The notes under the pieces are model-generated. The model did not search any database, was not told the DNA's origin, and worked only from the letters and a program-made list of their open reading frames with translations. 64,000 bases of DNA from Chrysomallon squamiferum (lineage: Eukaryota; Animalia; Mollusca): positions 4,774,001 through 4,838,000 of the forward strand of contig CM022667.1 of the NCBI GenBank assembly GCA_012295275.1, written 5' to 3'. This document shows, one piece after another, positions 27,153 through 43,283 of this stretch. Position 1 is the stretch's first letter, and the number at the start of each line of letters is the position of its first letter. The translations under genes were made by a program, and so were the position numbers.

Positions 27153-27853
27153 GTAGTACTGCTACTACTGCTACTATTTGCAATGTCTTCATCAATAGCA
27201 GTTTCATTACTTTTATCAATATTTTCCTGACCATCTTCCCCATTATCATTATCATTATCATTATTATGACGTCATTATGTTCACCGTCACCACTTTTATC
27301 AAACCATTACGTTACCGTCATCAATATCACCGCTATTGCTATCAGATCGTTATCTTCTTTACCACCAGTGTAATATCATAATCATCATCAATACGATTTA
27401 ATCATTATCTTCTTCGTTATTACGTCATCATCTTCAACAGAACCTTCATCACCGTTATTACAAATGACCAACATAAACCGTACAATTAACTGCGTTATAT
27501 ATCTTAATAATAATAATAATATCATCTTATATTATTTTATAGATTTTTTTCCCCTCTCTCTAAAATAATTAATGTGCGGCGATGCATTGAACCGCTGGAG
27601 AACATGCTTCGACTGGCACCCATCAATGTCACGTTAACTCATTCCTTTCTGTTAAGCGGGACCATTATCGGTGACCAGTGATCTGACGTAATCCCCCGCA
27701 GACGAACTGCGCTATGACAAGAGATTGATTGGCGTTAAAAGCGAATCAGTTTAAATTATTAGAAATAATCAGTTTAAATCGAGAACTGATCATTTTGAAT
27801 CACGATGCCAGAGCAGAGTACTGTCGTTGTGAGACATTCCGAGCACGTTTAAT

Positions 27854-27889
<36 letters not shown>

Positions 27890-28177
27890 CAGTTTTATTG
27901 TAATTAGACTTAAGGCTAAGAACTAGATACTATAAAACTGAACTGAATCGTAAAAATCGCGAAATAACCTGAAGCCGTTTAAGCTACTTTCATCTGGTGT
28001 AATTCTGTTAGTTTTATGTTTTAACAGAAAGGACAAAAAGCTGTTTGTGTTACGGCTACAACTGATCAGTTAAATAAGAATTAAAAAAAGTGTATCTAGA
28101 GAAAGAGATAGAAATACAGAATATAACACACACACACACACACACACACATACAAACAGAGACACAAACACAAATAT

Positions 28178-28213
<36 letters not shown>

Positions 28214-28309
28214 CAACAGGTGATGCTTATAGATTTAAATACACACACATATCTAACAGCACCCACCCAAGCACACATACTCTTTCTCTCTCTCTCCCAC
28301 ACACACTCA

Positions 28310-28359
<50 letters not shown>

Positions 28360-29001
28360 CACAACAGTACATATCTCCACTCCACACGACATACCAAACG
28401 ATAAATAAAACCAGAGAATTTCAAAAAAAGCTTTCTAAATGCCAGGAAATCGTATTTACGCTAATTATCTTCTTTTTTTTTCTTCTTCTTCTTTCTCAAA
28501 CATCATGTTCCTTTCGTATTTACTGGTACGTACAGCCTCGTTAACAAACAAACCAAGCTGGCTCCGTTTTGCTCTCTCAGGCGTGAATCCAGACCTACCT
28601 GATATATCTCAAAATATGAATTATTCATTAGGTTCACTGACCTTAGGTAATATAAACTGTTACTGTCATTACTAGCGTTGATATAATGTCGTTAATGACA
28701 ATGACAATAACAGCAACATCAAGAGCAACAACAGTAATAGCAGTATAGCAGTGGAGGTAGTGGTAGTAGTAGTTGCTGTTGTTGTAGTAGTAATATAGAA
28801 GTAGTATTACTATGCGTTTGCTGGCTTCGATACGATGACGTTAATGATGAAGATAACAGCATCAATAGTATCAAGAGTAATAGTGGTAGCTGTAGTAGTA
28901 TCAGTAGTAGTAGTACTGGTATGGTAGTAGTAGTAGTGGTGTTGGTTGTAGTAGTAGCAGTGATAGTATTATTAATCGCAGTAGCAGCAGTGGTGGTTGT
29001 G

Positions 29002-29032
<31 letters not shown>

Positions 29033-31197
29033 CAGTAGTAGTTGCCGACCATGGCCTGTTTATTACTGAAAGCTATCGTACTACTCTCTGTTTTATTTCT
29101 TTTTGATTCTTAAACAGTTTTACAAGGTTCAGTAATCTGTAACTTTGCTTGAAGTTGTTCAGTTATATATTAATGTCTGTCTTTCAGATAAATTATTAAG
29201 TATGTCGCATAAAACCATCATAAAAATCCTTTGAAATAAAGAATTCGATTAAAACTACACCAGTCACCAAAGGGATGCAGAATAAATATTCTCTTTTATC
29301 TGGCAAAACGCGTTTACAAAACCTACAAACAAATTTATAAAAGTATAATTGAAAAAAAAAAAAAAAAATTAAGAAAGAAAAGAAACGAAAAGAAAAAGCA
29401 ATAAAATAAAGTTTCAGTAATCTGTCTATATTCAGTCCATAAATGTTTCTTTTTTCTTTGCTATTTCTTTTTATCTTTTTGTATTTGTCTTTTAATTTTT
29501 ATTTATGTGTTTCTGTTATGTGTGTGTGCGTGTTTTTGTGGATTTTTTTATTATTTGTTTGGATTTTCTCATTCTTTCTATAACTGTATATAACCAAAGC
29601 AGCGAAAAGCATTAACAGACTGTAAATAGTATCTATCAGTGTGACGTCATGCGTATTAATACACGTGGCGGAGCACCGCGGTGTTGCTCCGCGAGACTAA
29701 ATAGCGCTGTTGCAAATCCCAGGCCAACGCTTTTAAGCATCAATTATTAAAATGCGCGACCAACTGAAGCATGAAAAAAGCCGCCAGGTTGTAGAGAGAT
29801 GGCGATTAAACACAGGTAAACGTCGAGCGTTATCACGTGACGTAACATCGCTTTGTCGACGTCTGCCAAATGGATTAATGGATGCACTGCACATTTACTT
29901 TTACATGCAAAGCGTTTTCCGAGTTCAAACGTTGTACGTCAGTACTTAGTTCGCGTATGTAAATGTCGGTTTTTAACAGTGTTACTTTTAAAAAAGCTCC
30001 CTTCAAATATCAAATAATCAAATATGGGAAGTTTGCCAGTATTTTATAATGGCCAAAATTTCTGCATTAACTGTTTCTTTTTTTCTTTCGTTTCGTTTTG
30101 GAATTTTACAAAAATGCATGAAATAACGAAAGAAAAATGCATCGTCAACAAAATTCGCTATAGAAATGTTATGTCCGTACTTTATCATTAGAAAAGAATG
30201 GATTCCATGTCGAGATTCTAACAACTGGTATAGAAGATATGTATTAGTTATTGATCCAACGTCTTGATGTAAAGATGAAAATATCACAGTTAAAGAACAA
30301 AATAAAACCAGACAGCAAAAGTAAGAAATAAAAGTACGCAAAATATTCTGTTACAACACTGGTGGAAGTAATTTGTGTAAATGACGTTGAAATTAAAATA
30401 ATTAATTAATCTTTATCAGTATAAATTTATAAAATTTTGAAATGTTTTGAGCATATCAATGTTTGTTATTATTTTATAACTTTTAAATTAATTATTATGT
30501 GCTGTATCAGACATTTATTATACAGCATATCGATTGGATCGATTATTATTCAGCACGTCGATTAAAATGGTTATTATTTGGTATGTTGATTTGAACGTTT
30601 ATTATTTATTATGTCTATCATAACGTTTGTTTAGTATATCGATTAGATCGATTATTATTTTAGTACGTCGATAACAGCCTTTATCCTTATTTCAGTCTCA
30701 TTTAATTCAGCAAAAATTGATTATTTTCATAAAACATTTACATCAGACAAACTGACAACTGGAATTAACTTTGTCGTGCTCGAAGCTTTATAAATAACGA
30801 ATTCGTTCCGTGATCAAGCAATAATTGCCTGGCTTTCTGCATCCACTGAAATTATCTGGTGTGTCTGTATGTATGTCTGTATGTATAATGTATGTATATG
30901 TGTATAAATGTATATAAATGTGTATATATGCGTGTATGTATGTGCATATATGTGTGCATAAGTGTTTATGTGTGTATATATATATACGTGTATATGTATG
31001 TTTATATGTGCATATGTATGAGTGTATGTATATTTGTATATACGTGTATATGTTATGTATATATGTATGTATATGTGTGTATAAATGCGTATGTATTTGT
31101 TTATGTGTATCCATATATGAAACTATGTTTATCTGTCTATATGTCTGTATGTCTGTCTGTCTATCTATTTATCTATCTATCTGTCTATCTATCTATC

Positions 31198-31250
<53 letters not shown>

Positions 31251-31329
31251 GTTTGATTATCTACTGATATATGGTGTGAAAAAAAACAGCGATACATACA
31301 GAGAGAGAAGAAGAAAGAGAGAAGAGAAA

Positions 31330-31408
<79 letters not shown>

Positions 31409-31672
31409 GAGTAAGAGAAAACATAGCGAGTTACAAAGACGACGACAATGAGCTAATGTCTAACTAAACTGTAAAAACATGTGAATGAATATATACATAC
31501 ACACACAGACAATAATGAACCTACCACTCTACGAAACACTTTCATTATTCATACAAACACCACATTTATTTGTTTATCTCACTGTTTACCACAGGCGCGA
31601 GCAAAACATGTTTATACAGAGATATAGCAATAAAAGTATGTATATATGTATGTATATTTGTTTGTTTATATA

Positions 31673-31707
<35 letters not shown>

Positions 31708-32250
31708 CAGTTTAGTTATAACAAGATATGTTTGTGTTTGTTGTGGTGTGTGTGTGTGTGTGTGTGTGTTTTCTTTGCGTATGTATTGTCTTTAAACGTA
31801 TCTGCTTATGTTCTAGTATTATATTTTTCAGTTTTATATCACATAAATAACGATCGTTTCACTAGACTTTCTTCGTTAACTAAAAAACACACACAAAAAA
31901 AAAAAAGTAAATAAATCGCTTAAATAAAATTTCGCATGCATTGATTAAAATCAATACATCTGTAATTGAAGATTTAAACTTTTAAAAAAAAAACGCCTTA
32001 ATGTCGTTCATCTTACAAACGCAGAGAAAACAAATGAATCAGTGCACGTATTCGTCTCTACAAGTCTCAGTCGAAGCAGAAAGCTGTTATTACAAATGTC
32101 ACGTGACATGTGGCACCCGACATGCAACGCGAGGTCTTTGAAGTATATTTATGAACGATAATTAATTTCATCGTGGTTTAATGTGAATTTTTGTCCGGTT
32201 TGTTCTGAGGCTGTTCAGTTTACGTATATATATATATATATATATTTGAA

Positions 32251-32287
<37 letters not shown>

Positions 32288-33889
32288 TTAAAATAAAACT
32301 AGCAATAAAAATAAAAAAAAAAAAAATAAATAAATAAAAAAAAAGAATAAAAAATAAGAAGGAAAGAAAGAAAAGTTAAAAAGTTAAAATATTTCAAATC
32401 TGAAGTCAAGATAAATTTGATCAAACTGCACTCAGTATAGTAAATAAATAAATAACTAAAGGCCCCCCCCCAAAAAAAAAAAAAAAAAGTCCTTTTACTT
32501 ATTAATGGGAAATAAAGTCAGAGAAAAAAAAAAAAAAAAAAAAAAAAATTGAAATCCTTATATTACCTTTTGATATTATCTGTTAAAAAAATGACCAATG
32601 TTGGGTTAGCATTATCAGAATAAGTAACAAGTTGTTATTTACTGTTTAGAAACACAGTGAGACGGGATCAAATCTCGCACGGTTTTATTCAAATCAGATA
32701 CGCTAACTAATGGTGGCGATCATGTACATTGCATTGTGGGACTGAGAGTCCTTTACGAATATCCCACAGCCAATTCCCACGTCTAATCTGCTCCTTATAC
32801 CAGACTGGATTCGTGTCAACTTAGCTTTTAATAGTGGAGAGGCTGCATGTAAAATTAACTTTTAATAAGATAAGATTTTGTGGATGCTTTCCTGCACAGG
32901 CGGAACATGAAACAGAAGCGTCATTTCTCAGACCACTTTTCTTGTGCTTTTCTGATAAATCCTGCTAATGGTTCAAGTACGTTGTTCTGGTTAAAAAAAT
33001 GCACGTCAGTATTTAGCCACGTAGAAACAGAAAGCGGTTATTTATAGACAGTCACAATACACAGGACGGAAGACTACTAAAAGAGAAAAAAAAATTTGGG
33101 GTCGAAGTCGTCGATGAGAATTTCAAAGCTGCACCGAATAAATAAAATTAATGTCGTTGCTGTATAATTAATTTATAACGCTGAGCATGTGCTGTAAATA
33201 ACACATTTGTTAACTGTTCTGTCAAAATTTGATCAAGTGCTCACCTTGAACTCAGTTCTCTACACTTGTAGACGTTTGTGTACCCAGGGCAAACGTGGCT
33301 GAACCTCGGTTGGCTTGAAGCACGTGCGAGTCGATCGATTAATCGATCGGTTACAAGATGCCACGTGAAAGAACGAGTCAATTTAGCGAAAAGCTGACTC
33401 TTGAGTTGAAAACCAGTCTATTCACGGGAGAGAGAAAAAAAAGCAGTTTATTCACGAGAAAAACCAGTCCATTCATATATATATATATATATATAAAAAA
33501 AAATTAATAAAATGGAAATACTAAATCAGTCAATTCGGGAACACAAAGATGGTTGAAAGCAAACGTGTCCGTTCATAGAAAAGTGAGTGAAAAACACTCG
33601 AAGTTAATCACAAGTGGCGGCACTCGCAAACTTCGCTCTTAATTGTGTCAGCTGAAATGTTTTTCGAGTAAGAAGTTGTCTGACACGGAACCGATTTCAA
33701 CAAGAACAGACTGACGGGCAAACGGGCAGAGCGCGGCCAGTGAAGGACTTTGTTAGTTGATTAACAGATTTGATTATTTACCAGAATGTTTTATAATTGT
33801 GCCTCTTAACACTGACAAGTTGTTTCGTTATTTCCCAGGTACTGGTTGTTAGTCCGTGGTTACTTTTTTAAACATCTGTGGTGACGTTC

Positions 33890-34010
33890 TTAAGTTTTGA
33901 TGTGTGGTTACAGTTTTAAGTTTTGATATGTGGTAACATTTTAAGTTTTGGTATGTGGTTACATTTTAAGTTTTGATGTCTGGTTACAATTAAGTTTTGA
34001 TATGTGGTTA
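33890..34010. repeat. Degenerate ~25-bp minisatellite TTTTAAGTTTTGATATGTGGTTACA, about 5 copies, with decayed GGTTAC units to about 34340
   Basis: Direct reading. Confidence 0.8.
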
Positions 34011-34470
34011 TTTTGGGCTGTTTTACATTTATTTTGTTTTTTTCTATTTTTATTTATCCCTGTTAACATTTAATGTGTTAAATTTCAGGTTTTGTATGGT
34101 TCCATTTTTTATGGTTACAGTTTAGTTTATCAGTGGTTACATTTAAATTCTTTTCAAATGGTTACGTTTAAATGTTGCTATTTTTAAAATTAGTTGTTAC
34201 ATTTTAAAATAACTGTTATAATTTATCTATTTATTTATGGTTACTTTTAATGTTTTCTGTTGTTAAATTTCATCTATTGCAGTTCGGATACATTTGAGGT
34301 GTTTATTTAGCTGACTACATGTATCTCTATGGTTACAATCTGAGGTTGTTGTTAGTGTGTTGACAGACACGTGTAAACCAGCCGCTGACTCGAAAACGTA
34401 ACAGATGTGTTAATCTGTCCATCTGTCATTTTATACCACTTTTATCTGTTATCTACTGCGTGTTTTGTGT

Positions 34471-34560
<90 letters not shown>

Positions 34561-36559
34561 TCACACATGTCAGTGTTTTTTGTGTATATGTGTTTGATGT
34601 ATATATGTGTTTGTTTCTGTGTTTGTGTGTATATATGTGTTTGTTTCTGTGTTTGTGTGTATATATGTGTTTGTTTCTGTGTTTGTGTGTATATATTTGA
34701 CCTGTCTCTTTTGATTTGTCTCATTTTGTTTTTGTTTTCTCTTTGTGAGTCTCTCTCCATTTCTGTATCTGTCTGTCTGTCTGTCTATCTACCTATCTTA
34801 TTTATTGTATTTTTATAACATCCTTCATTCCAAACCCGTTTGTTCTTTTACTTTCTTCAAACTTGCCTTTCTTTTATTCCTCCTTCCATTAGTCCTTCCT
34901 TCCTTTCTTTCTTCCTTTCTTTCTTCCTTTCTTATTACATTCCTTTCTTTTAATCTAGTGCCATCATTTATTCATTCATCTTGCTTTGCTTTTCTTTCCA
35001 TACCTTTTTAAATCATTAATTCATCTTTCTTTCTTTCTTTCTTTCCGTCTTGTGTTCCTTCCTTCTGCTTGCCTCGTTCCCCCCCCCCCCCTCAAATATG
35101 CTTGAAACCAGACTGGGAAAACAAATATAAAACAACAACGTGATTACCTTTCTCAATTTAACAGCACCTTGGTGATAATCGGTACACATACTTTTATTTT
35201 CACAGAAATAAAACAGCTATAAAAAGATTATGTGCATAACAGCTGTAAAAATTCTGTAAATTTTACAAACATGCTTTGCACGTCGTAGAGAACGAATAAA
35301 AATAGGAAATCGAAAAAAATAAAAAAAATCGTAATTTAACGGAAAATTTTATTTCCTGAGTGAGACAGAAGAAGAATAATTCGGAGGAAATAAATTAATA
35401 ATCAAAAAGGAAAAATAAAATTGTAATAATACCGAAATAAAGATAAGATATAATTAAATTATAAGAAAAAAAGAACCACAAAAAAAAACAGATTTTTTAT
35501 AATTAATGTAAAGGAAATAGAAATTAAAGTAAAATGAATAGATCTGTTTTAAGAATCAATAAAACTAATAAATATTTGGTGATGTGTATGTGTATGTGTA
35601 TGTATGTATGTATGGCATGTGTTTGTATAAATATGTATGTATATATATACAGACACAAACACACACACATATATGAGAAAATATTAATTTACGAATACTT
35701 GATTTCTCTACTTTTGTTCAGGCGCAAAAATAAATGCAACACCGTATGGTTTTAAGCGCATGCGTGAAAATAATGTTTAATATATTGGTTATTAATGTCA
35801 CGATATTGTCTGAAAATGATTAGGCTTTTATTTCAAGAAAGAAAGCCAATGTTTTGTTTAAATAACCGAGGACATAAGCGCTGTTAAAGTTTATTTCTCT
35901 CGTTTCCGGAGTTCATGAACTGAATTTACCTTTTACCTGATTTTTTTTTTGAATATCAAAAGTTTAAATCGCTTTGTTTGATGTCTGAGCCGCTGTATTT
36001 CAGTTAATTTTCTATACTCGACTTTAGGATCTATAATATTTATTAAATGATGTCGCTTAATTATATTCGTTATTTAATATCAAACATATCACCGGAGCAG
36101 ACGGGTTAATTTTTATGACATTGAATGACGCCACAGAGACACTGTCATCGATTACTGACGCAAAACATTTGTTTAAAAACATCACTATATTCGTTAAATT
36201 TCAATCATTAACTATTGATTTTATAAAATAAGTCTCCTAAAATACTTTTTACATTTTGCCATTAGCAACAAAAAATTACTTTGTGTGTATCTTCTAATAG
36301 GCATGAAAACCAATACAACAACTTTTATGTACTAGTGACTGATGTGTGTTGGAACTGGATAAAAAAAAGAATCATTTGATCATCGAAAGGGATCGATCCT
36401 GATTAACACAGTACATGATTCTACTCTTAATTAGAGACACTAATTAATGTCATCTATTAACTAACGTAAATTAAAAAGAATAATAAAAAAATAATATAGG
36501 AAAATAAATAAAAATAAAATACTACTATTCCTACTATGTTGCTGCTAATACTACTATTA

Positions 36560-36624
<65 letters not shown>

Positions 36625-37604
36625 TAAAATCGATCAAAATTACAGAAGTCATTCACACATTTGTTTCTTCCATAAGATAAACCAAAAGAAAAAAGATAGC
36701 AGAAGAAACATCAAAAACAAAATATTAATGCATTTATTTAATTTTACAAAAATCACTTATTATAACTTTTATATATATATATATATTCGTACGTTATCGA
36801 TATCGTTTTTGTTACAGAAAAGGTTTTTACCTTTCGAATGAAACGTCTCTGGCAGACTTAGAATAACCGCCATTTTCTAAACGAAAGTATTGAGCAAATA
36901 ATAATAAAGAGTGATTTTCTTTAATTTGATTATTTAGCTGTAAACCAATGTCAACACAATTTTAACAACGAAGTAAAACGTTTTGTTAGTTTCACTGATT
37001 TCCTGTTGTAAACTGTTTACATTCGAACGATTTTCTTGACAGACTTTAAAAAAGACTAATTTAAAAAAGAAACAAAAAAGAGAGATCTGTTATTTATACT
37101 TTTACTTCACTGAGGTTCAAACCAACTTGAATAATGCTGGAGTTTGAAATCGATATTCATCTGTCCAACTGTCTGTCTGTCTGTCTGTTTGTCTCCGCAC
37201 CTGTCTCTATATAAGTATACGTGCCTTCATACATATCACGGGTTAATGAGTTCTAACTTCACACGAACAACAACAACAGGCGAAAAACAAAATTATATTT
37301 CTCATCTGATATTTTTCCTTTAGGGATATGAAGAGAGAGAAAAACACTAAGTCAGAGATTACTGGAATAGAAATTTATAAAAAATTACTGTTTTTGATCT
37401 TGCGTAAATAGTCTCGCATGTAACTTTGCATTAAGCGGAAATCAAAGTCGTGTTGAATTATGGGATACCCCGTTTCCGGTTCCTGCATTACCGTTAAAAT
37501 CTGTTCATCAAAATAATGGTTTAAAATATTAGTTTTCCAGAAATATTTATTTATATCCGCTCTGGCTTTTGATTAACTATGATTAGAACGTTTTAGAAAA
37601 TATG

Positions 37605-37690
<86 letters not shown>

Positions 37691-38188
37691 CAGCAAAGTA
37701 ATTCATTTAGTTGTTGTAGTGGTAGTAGTGGTAGTAGTGTAGAAGTAGTCGTTGTTCTGAGTGTTGTAACAATGATAATGGAAGTGGCCGTAGTTGTAAT
37801 AATATAATACACGTTGTAAGATAAAAAAACGTTATCTGTCGACAGTTTCATCTTCAATTATTTTACGCTCGCTAAAAACAAACTGAAAACGTTCATATCA
37901 GATTGCGCGTGCGCAAGATCGTAATAACATTTCTGAATTGCTCGTTGAAGAATGTCGTTGAAGTCACGTGCTCCATTGAACCCCTATAAAAACATTCGTG
38001 AAGAGAAGCTGGAATTGTCAGAGAAGTTTTTAGTTTTAATCAAGTGCTGCTCTCGAGCAGAAATGGCTCAAAGCGTAAAAGTATGCGTCATTGAAACGAG
38101 GAATTTTAAACAATAAACGTCACATTCTTCAACTATTCCAACACTGTACTATTGTCATGTGTACAACTCATTATATTACTGATACGTG

Positions 38189-38299
<111 letters not shown>

Positions 38300-39176
38300 A
38301 TCTATATGTATATCTGTATGTGTGTATCTTTATAAAAATAATCCATATATATATGCAGACTCAATCAAATATATAAAGATAGAGAAAGATGTCAGTCAAT
38401 AAGAGAGAGAGTATATCAATAGAGAGAGAGATATGTATGTGAGAGTTATAGGCAGATAGTTATACGGGATTCAGAGAAAATATGTACAGCAGAAAAACTA
38501 AAGAAAGAAAAACGAGAGAAAAGAAAATAAAGATATTTCGAGGTTGTGCAGCTAAAACAGTTCAAAACGTACTTATTACTCTAGAAAGGTCAAAGACTGA
38601 ATAATGTTTTATAATTATCAATTTGACAGCTTTGCTTAATAACGCTAATATCGTTACACCTTAATTGGGCCTCTTTACCCCTCGGACAGTAAAATGTGTG
38701 GTTCAGACACATAAATCTTACTTTGTCTCTCAGTGTAGACTTGATGTTCTCCGTTCTTTATGACAAAGACAAAATGATGATATGAAATGTTAAGGTTATA
38801 AGTCTGTTAGATAACATTATTATTTATTATCACTTCTTGAAATATAATTATATGTGTGTATGTGTACGAGTGTAACTATAAATATATGCATTTATATATA
38901 ATAAAGAAACAGTCAAAGAAGTCTTCAGTTATCACTTGATGTTTCATAAGTAATCTTGTTTTTCAGTCGAGTACATAAACCAAAGCAATTAAAAAAATAT
39001 ATATATATTTTTTCACATAAATGGATTCCTTTGATGTATTGCTCTGTACTGAGTTTAGGTTGATTAAAGTTTAAATTAACGTAGATCACAAATTCAGATG
39101 ACGTTAAAACTGGCATCATCTCTTAATTTCGCTTAGTGCGGAAGAATAACTTTTAAAGATTTTAATAGAAGTTGAA

Positions 39177-39351
39177 TGACGTCATAATGAAACTAACACC
39201 ATGACGTCACTTCTCAATGAAAACAATTAAAAAATAACGTAATAAAGCGATTTCAGTACTTTTGACTGATATCGATAAAAACATAGTCATAGAGCTCAGT
39301 GACGTCATAAAGAACTCAACGACATTTAAAAAAACCAGTTCGGTGACGTCA
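39177..39351. promoter_or_regulatory. Intronic cluster of four perfect TGACGTCA sites
   Basis: Octamers at 39177, 39202, 39300 and 39344; function not shown. Confidence 0.4.
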
Positions 39352-39942
39352 CAAAGCACTCAGTGACACTACAACCGGAACAACTGATTATCTTCATTCT
39401 TTTTCTCAAAATACATCATCATTCATCCTCCAAAAAACAAAAAACAAAAAAACAAAAAAAACAAAAAAAACACCAGAATTGTTCCTTGGAACCAGCTTGT
39501 AAATTTTTTGGGCATAATTACGTTTCTCCTGGGATTAAACTATTTGTTGTCCTGTTATATTTTGCACCCCCTGAGACTAGACGAAATGAGATCTAACCGT
39601 GCCAATATCCAGCATAATTACAATAGCGCCGAACTAATAGTCACTGGTTATAGATGGCGACATGCTATTACAACGAGTACGCCACATCCTGATTTACTGC
39701 GAAATTAAACAACTTATTTAGTTTGACAGTTGGCGTTATTGGAACCGTTGATTCTGGCGTTATGAAGGACGTCGTAGGAGTTTATAGCGAGGATCCCGGA
39801 TTGTAAATTATCTGGAGTATGTTTTATTTGTTACTTCAGCGAAAATCGTTACACGGGCCCGTTATAGGACTGGTCGTAAAATGTGTAAAGAAAATGACGT
39901 GGTTGCTGTAGAGAATACAGCGCTGTTGATCGGTTAATGACA

Positions 39943-40025
<83 letters not shown>

Positions 40026-40084
40026 TAATTATTATTATTATTATTAAAAAGAAGAAAGAAATGATGATAAAAAAATAATAAAAT

Positions 40085-40158
<74 letters not shown>

Positions 40159-42134
40159 GTTTCTATGTATTTTATATATGTTTGTGTATGTATGTACGTA
40201 TGTACGTGTGTCTGTGTGTGTGTATATATATATATTATTATTATTATTAAAATTCTTCTGTCGTGTTTTTGTATCGAGATATGAATAATGTAAAGACGTT
40301 TGACATCATTTCATTTCACGAGACTCTTTATTAATATAAGCACGTGCGTGACTTATGAATTTTATTACATGTGTATGACGTAACATATTTCCCTGGAGGC
40401 TAATAAAGTTTTCACTGAGATAATATATACCTTGTCGTTTTACTTCTGCCTGGTGTTCTTGCTATTATTACTATTATACTTATTATTATTGTTATTGTTG
40501 TTATTATTATTATTATTGTTATTGTTTTTGTTGTTATCGTTGTTGTTATTATTATTATTATTATTGTTGTTATTATTATTATTATTGTTATTATTGTTTT
40601 TGTTGTTATCGTTATTATTATTATTACTATTATTGTTGTTGTTTTTGTTTTGTTGTTGCTGTTGTTTTTGTTATTATTGTTTATTATTTTTGTTATTGTT
40701 ATTACTATTATTATTATTATTACTACTGTGATTGTGGTACAATACAAGACATCAAAAGATCAATCGGGTTTAACCGAGTTCATCAGCTGCGCACTGACAG
40801 ATAAGCAAATCGAACGCAGCCAGTTTTTTTATTACGCCCTCATTCGTTTCGCTGTTCTGCGCGCGACGTTTCCCGCTCTTCATTTATTTAATTAGTACGT
40901 ACACACACACACACACAGCGCGCGGCTCCACTGACGTATCGTGTACATCTAAACTCGCCACTCTCCGCCGACAGCCCCGGGGTGACGCGGTAAAAACTGA
41001 ATAAATTGGACAATTTCTGTCACGGAAACGGAATGGCCATTGACGTCTGCTTTTGTGAACAAGTCGCCGCCGGTCGCATCACTGCTTGGTTTCATTAGAT
41101 GTATTGATACATAATTATTTCTTATCACTGAGACAGAGTCACGGGGCCCTGGTTCGTGCTGTACGGTAGCTGAAGTCAAATGTCAGTTTTCGATGTGTTC
41201 TACTTTCGACGAGCTTTCTGTTCATATTTGATCATTTATGTGATGTAGAGGTTTAATAGCGTTTATTTATTTATTTATTCTGTACAGTGTGTAATTTCTT
41301 CGATTAAGTCCAGGGAGTAAATGAAATAGTTTATGCAGGTTATGCTGTGAAATATTCACGTTTTTTTTATATACATTTATGGACATTGTAATGATTTTCA
41401 CCTTCTGTTACTTTTTATCTCTCCCTTTTTTCTCGTCTACTTCCATCTCTCACTCTCCTCTCTATCAGCTGTTCTCTCTCATTCTCTCTGTCTATATCTC
41501 CATTTTTCTTCTCTCTTTTTCTTTCATTCTTGTTCTCTTTCATTCCTGTATTTCTCTGTCTCTCCCTCTTCTTCCTCTCTATCATTCTTTATCTTACTTT
41601 TCCTTTTCGCTTTTTTTGTTTTTTGTCTTTTGTTTTTCTCAGTTTTTTTTTTTCTCTTTTATTTATCCCATTAATTCGGTTTATCTAAAGATCTATCTGT
41701 CAACGGCAGAAATAAAAATAAATACAACAGACAGCCATCCCTGTCAGCGAACCCTTCGCTAGCAACGATCTTCATTCAACAGCCGTCGAGATACGTAAAG
41801 CTGGGCGTTTTAAAATAAAACATCATTTTCTTTTTTCCGCATTCCGCTTCTTTACACGCTCCAGGCTTTTTTCTAATCCTTTGAGCAACTCCGTCATTCA
41901 GTTAACTTTTTCATTTTTATTTTTTATTTTATTTTATTTATTTATTTTTTTTTTAAATACGACGATTTAATCAAATAATGTGTCAAAAATATGACGGTTA
42001 TATTAGTCGAGTCAGTATCTGTACAAACGACCAGTCGTATTTTCGTTACGTTGCCATGGATACAAATTAGAAATACGAGTGAAGTTACATGTCAAGGTGG
42101 AGATATTCCGTGTACGTTTGACCAGCTATAATGC

Positions 42135-42197
42135 AAAAAATTGTGACGACTTTTCCCTTGCTTATTAAAAGCAAGGGAAAAGTCGTCACAATTTTTT
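42135..42197. repeat. Perfect inverted repeat with 29-bp arms and a 5-nt loop
   Basis: AAAAAATTGTGACGACTTTTCCCTTGCTT-ATTAA-AAGCAAGGGAAAAGTCGTCACAATTTTTT. Confidence 0.95.
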
Positions 42198-43078
42198 TTT
42201 TTCTTTTTATTATATTATATTACTTATTTATTATTTTTCAAACGCATGGATTTTATTTTCTGAGAGGGCAAATATCTCTAATTCCTGCTACATTTTTATT
42301 GCGACTGTTAAATCTTGTAAGTCTGTGACTGCTGGGTTTTTTTGTTCTGGAAGTGGACAGTGGACAGTGAGACCCATTTCCTGTGTCCTCTCAGACAATA
42401 GAAACACGCGCCATTGTCTCGTTAGAGGTGAATCACGTGTTTAGTTAGAAATAAGAGAAGTAATTGGTCTGTGACAATGTTAATAATGACTGGAAACATG
42501 ACGTAAGAAGACACAATGAACGTATCGTTAAGAAGCCTGGAAACACGCAAATTCAATTATCTCGTCATAATTTTCTCTCGTTTCATTTTTTTCTTTCTTA
42601 ATTAATATGAAATATGTTCTGGATATTATGATTATGAAATTTAAGTGTGTATGTGGTGTGGGTTTGTGTGTATGTGTTGCTCTCTCTCTAAATGTATGCA
42701 TGTTTTTATATATGTGCGTGTGTTGCACGTGCTGTACCTGTCTATTTAATCTATTTAACTGTCTGACTTTCTGCATTTACATACATACACACACGCGCGC
42801 GCGCACACATCTGTCTGTATATCTATCTATCCGTCTGTCTGTGTATGTATCTATATAACTGTGTGTCTTTATAATCTGTCTAAAAGTCTCGAGATCCCAG
42901 AGTAGAGTGAAATACAAAAACTAACCAGTTAGCCAGCCACGTAAATGAAACAAGAAACGCAAAGCAATACGTCAACCACTAAATAACTGAATACAGAGCT
43001 GACAAAGCGACTTGGTAACTGTTGTAGACGTCGTTGTCCGACAACGTTGTGACCGAGTCTTGAAGCTTCACTGCAAAA

Positions 43079-43083
43079 ACACA

Positions 43084-43182
<99 letters not shown>

Positions 43183-43185
43183 ACA

Positions 43186-43278
<93 letters not shown>
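43079..43278. repeat. (CA)n microsatellite
   Basis: Direct reading. Confidence 0.95.

Positions 43279-43283
<5 letters not shown>

Noticed and set aside
33332-33349. 18-bp palindrome CGATCGATTAATCGATCG, and 14-bp E-box palindromes near 32097 and 61683
   Set aside because: Isolated short palindromes with nothing further to support function
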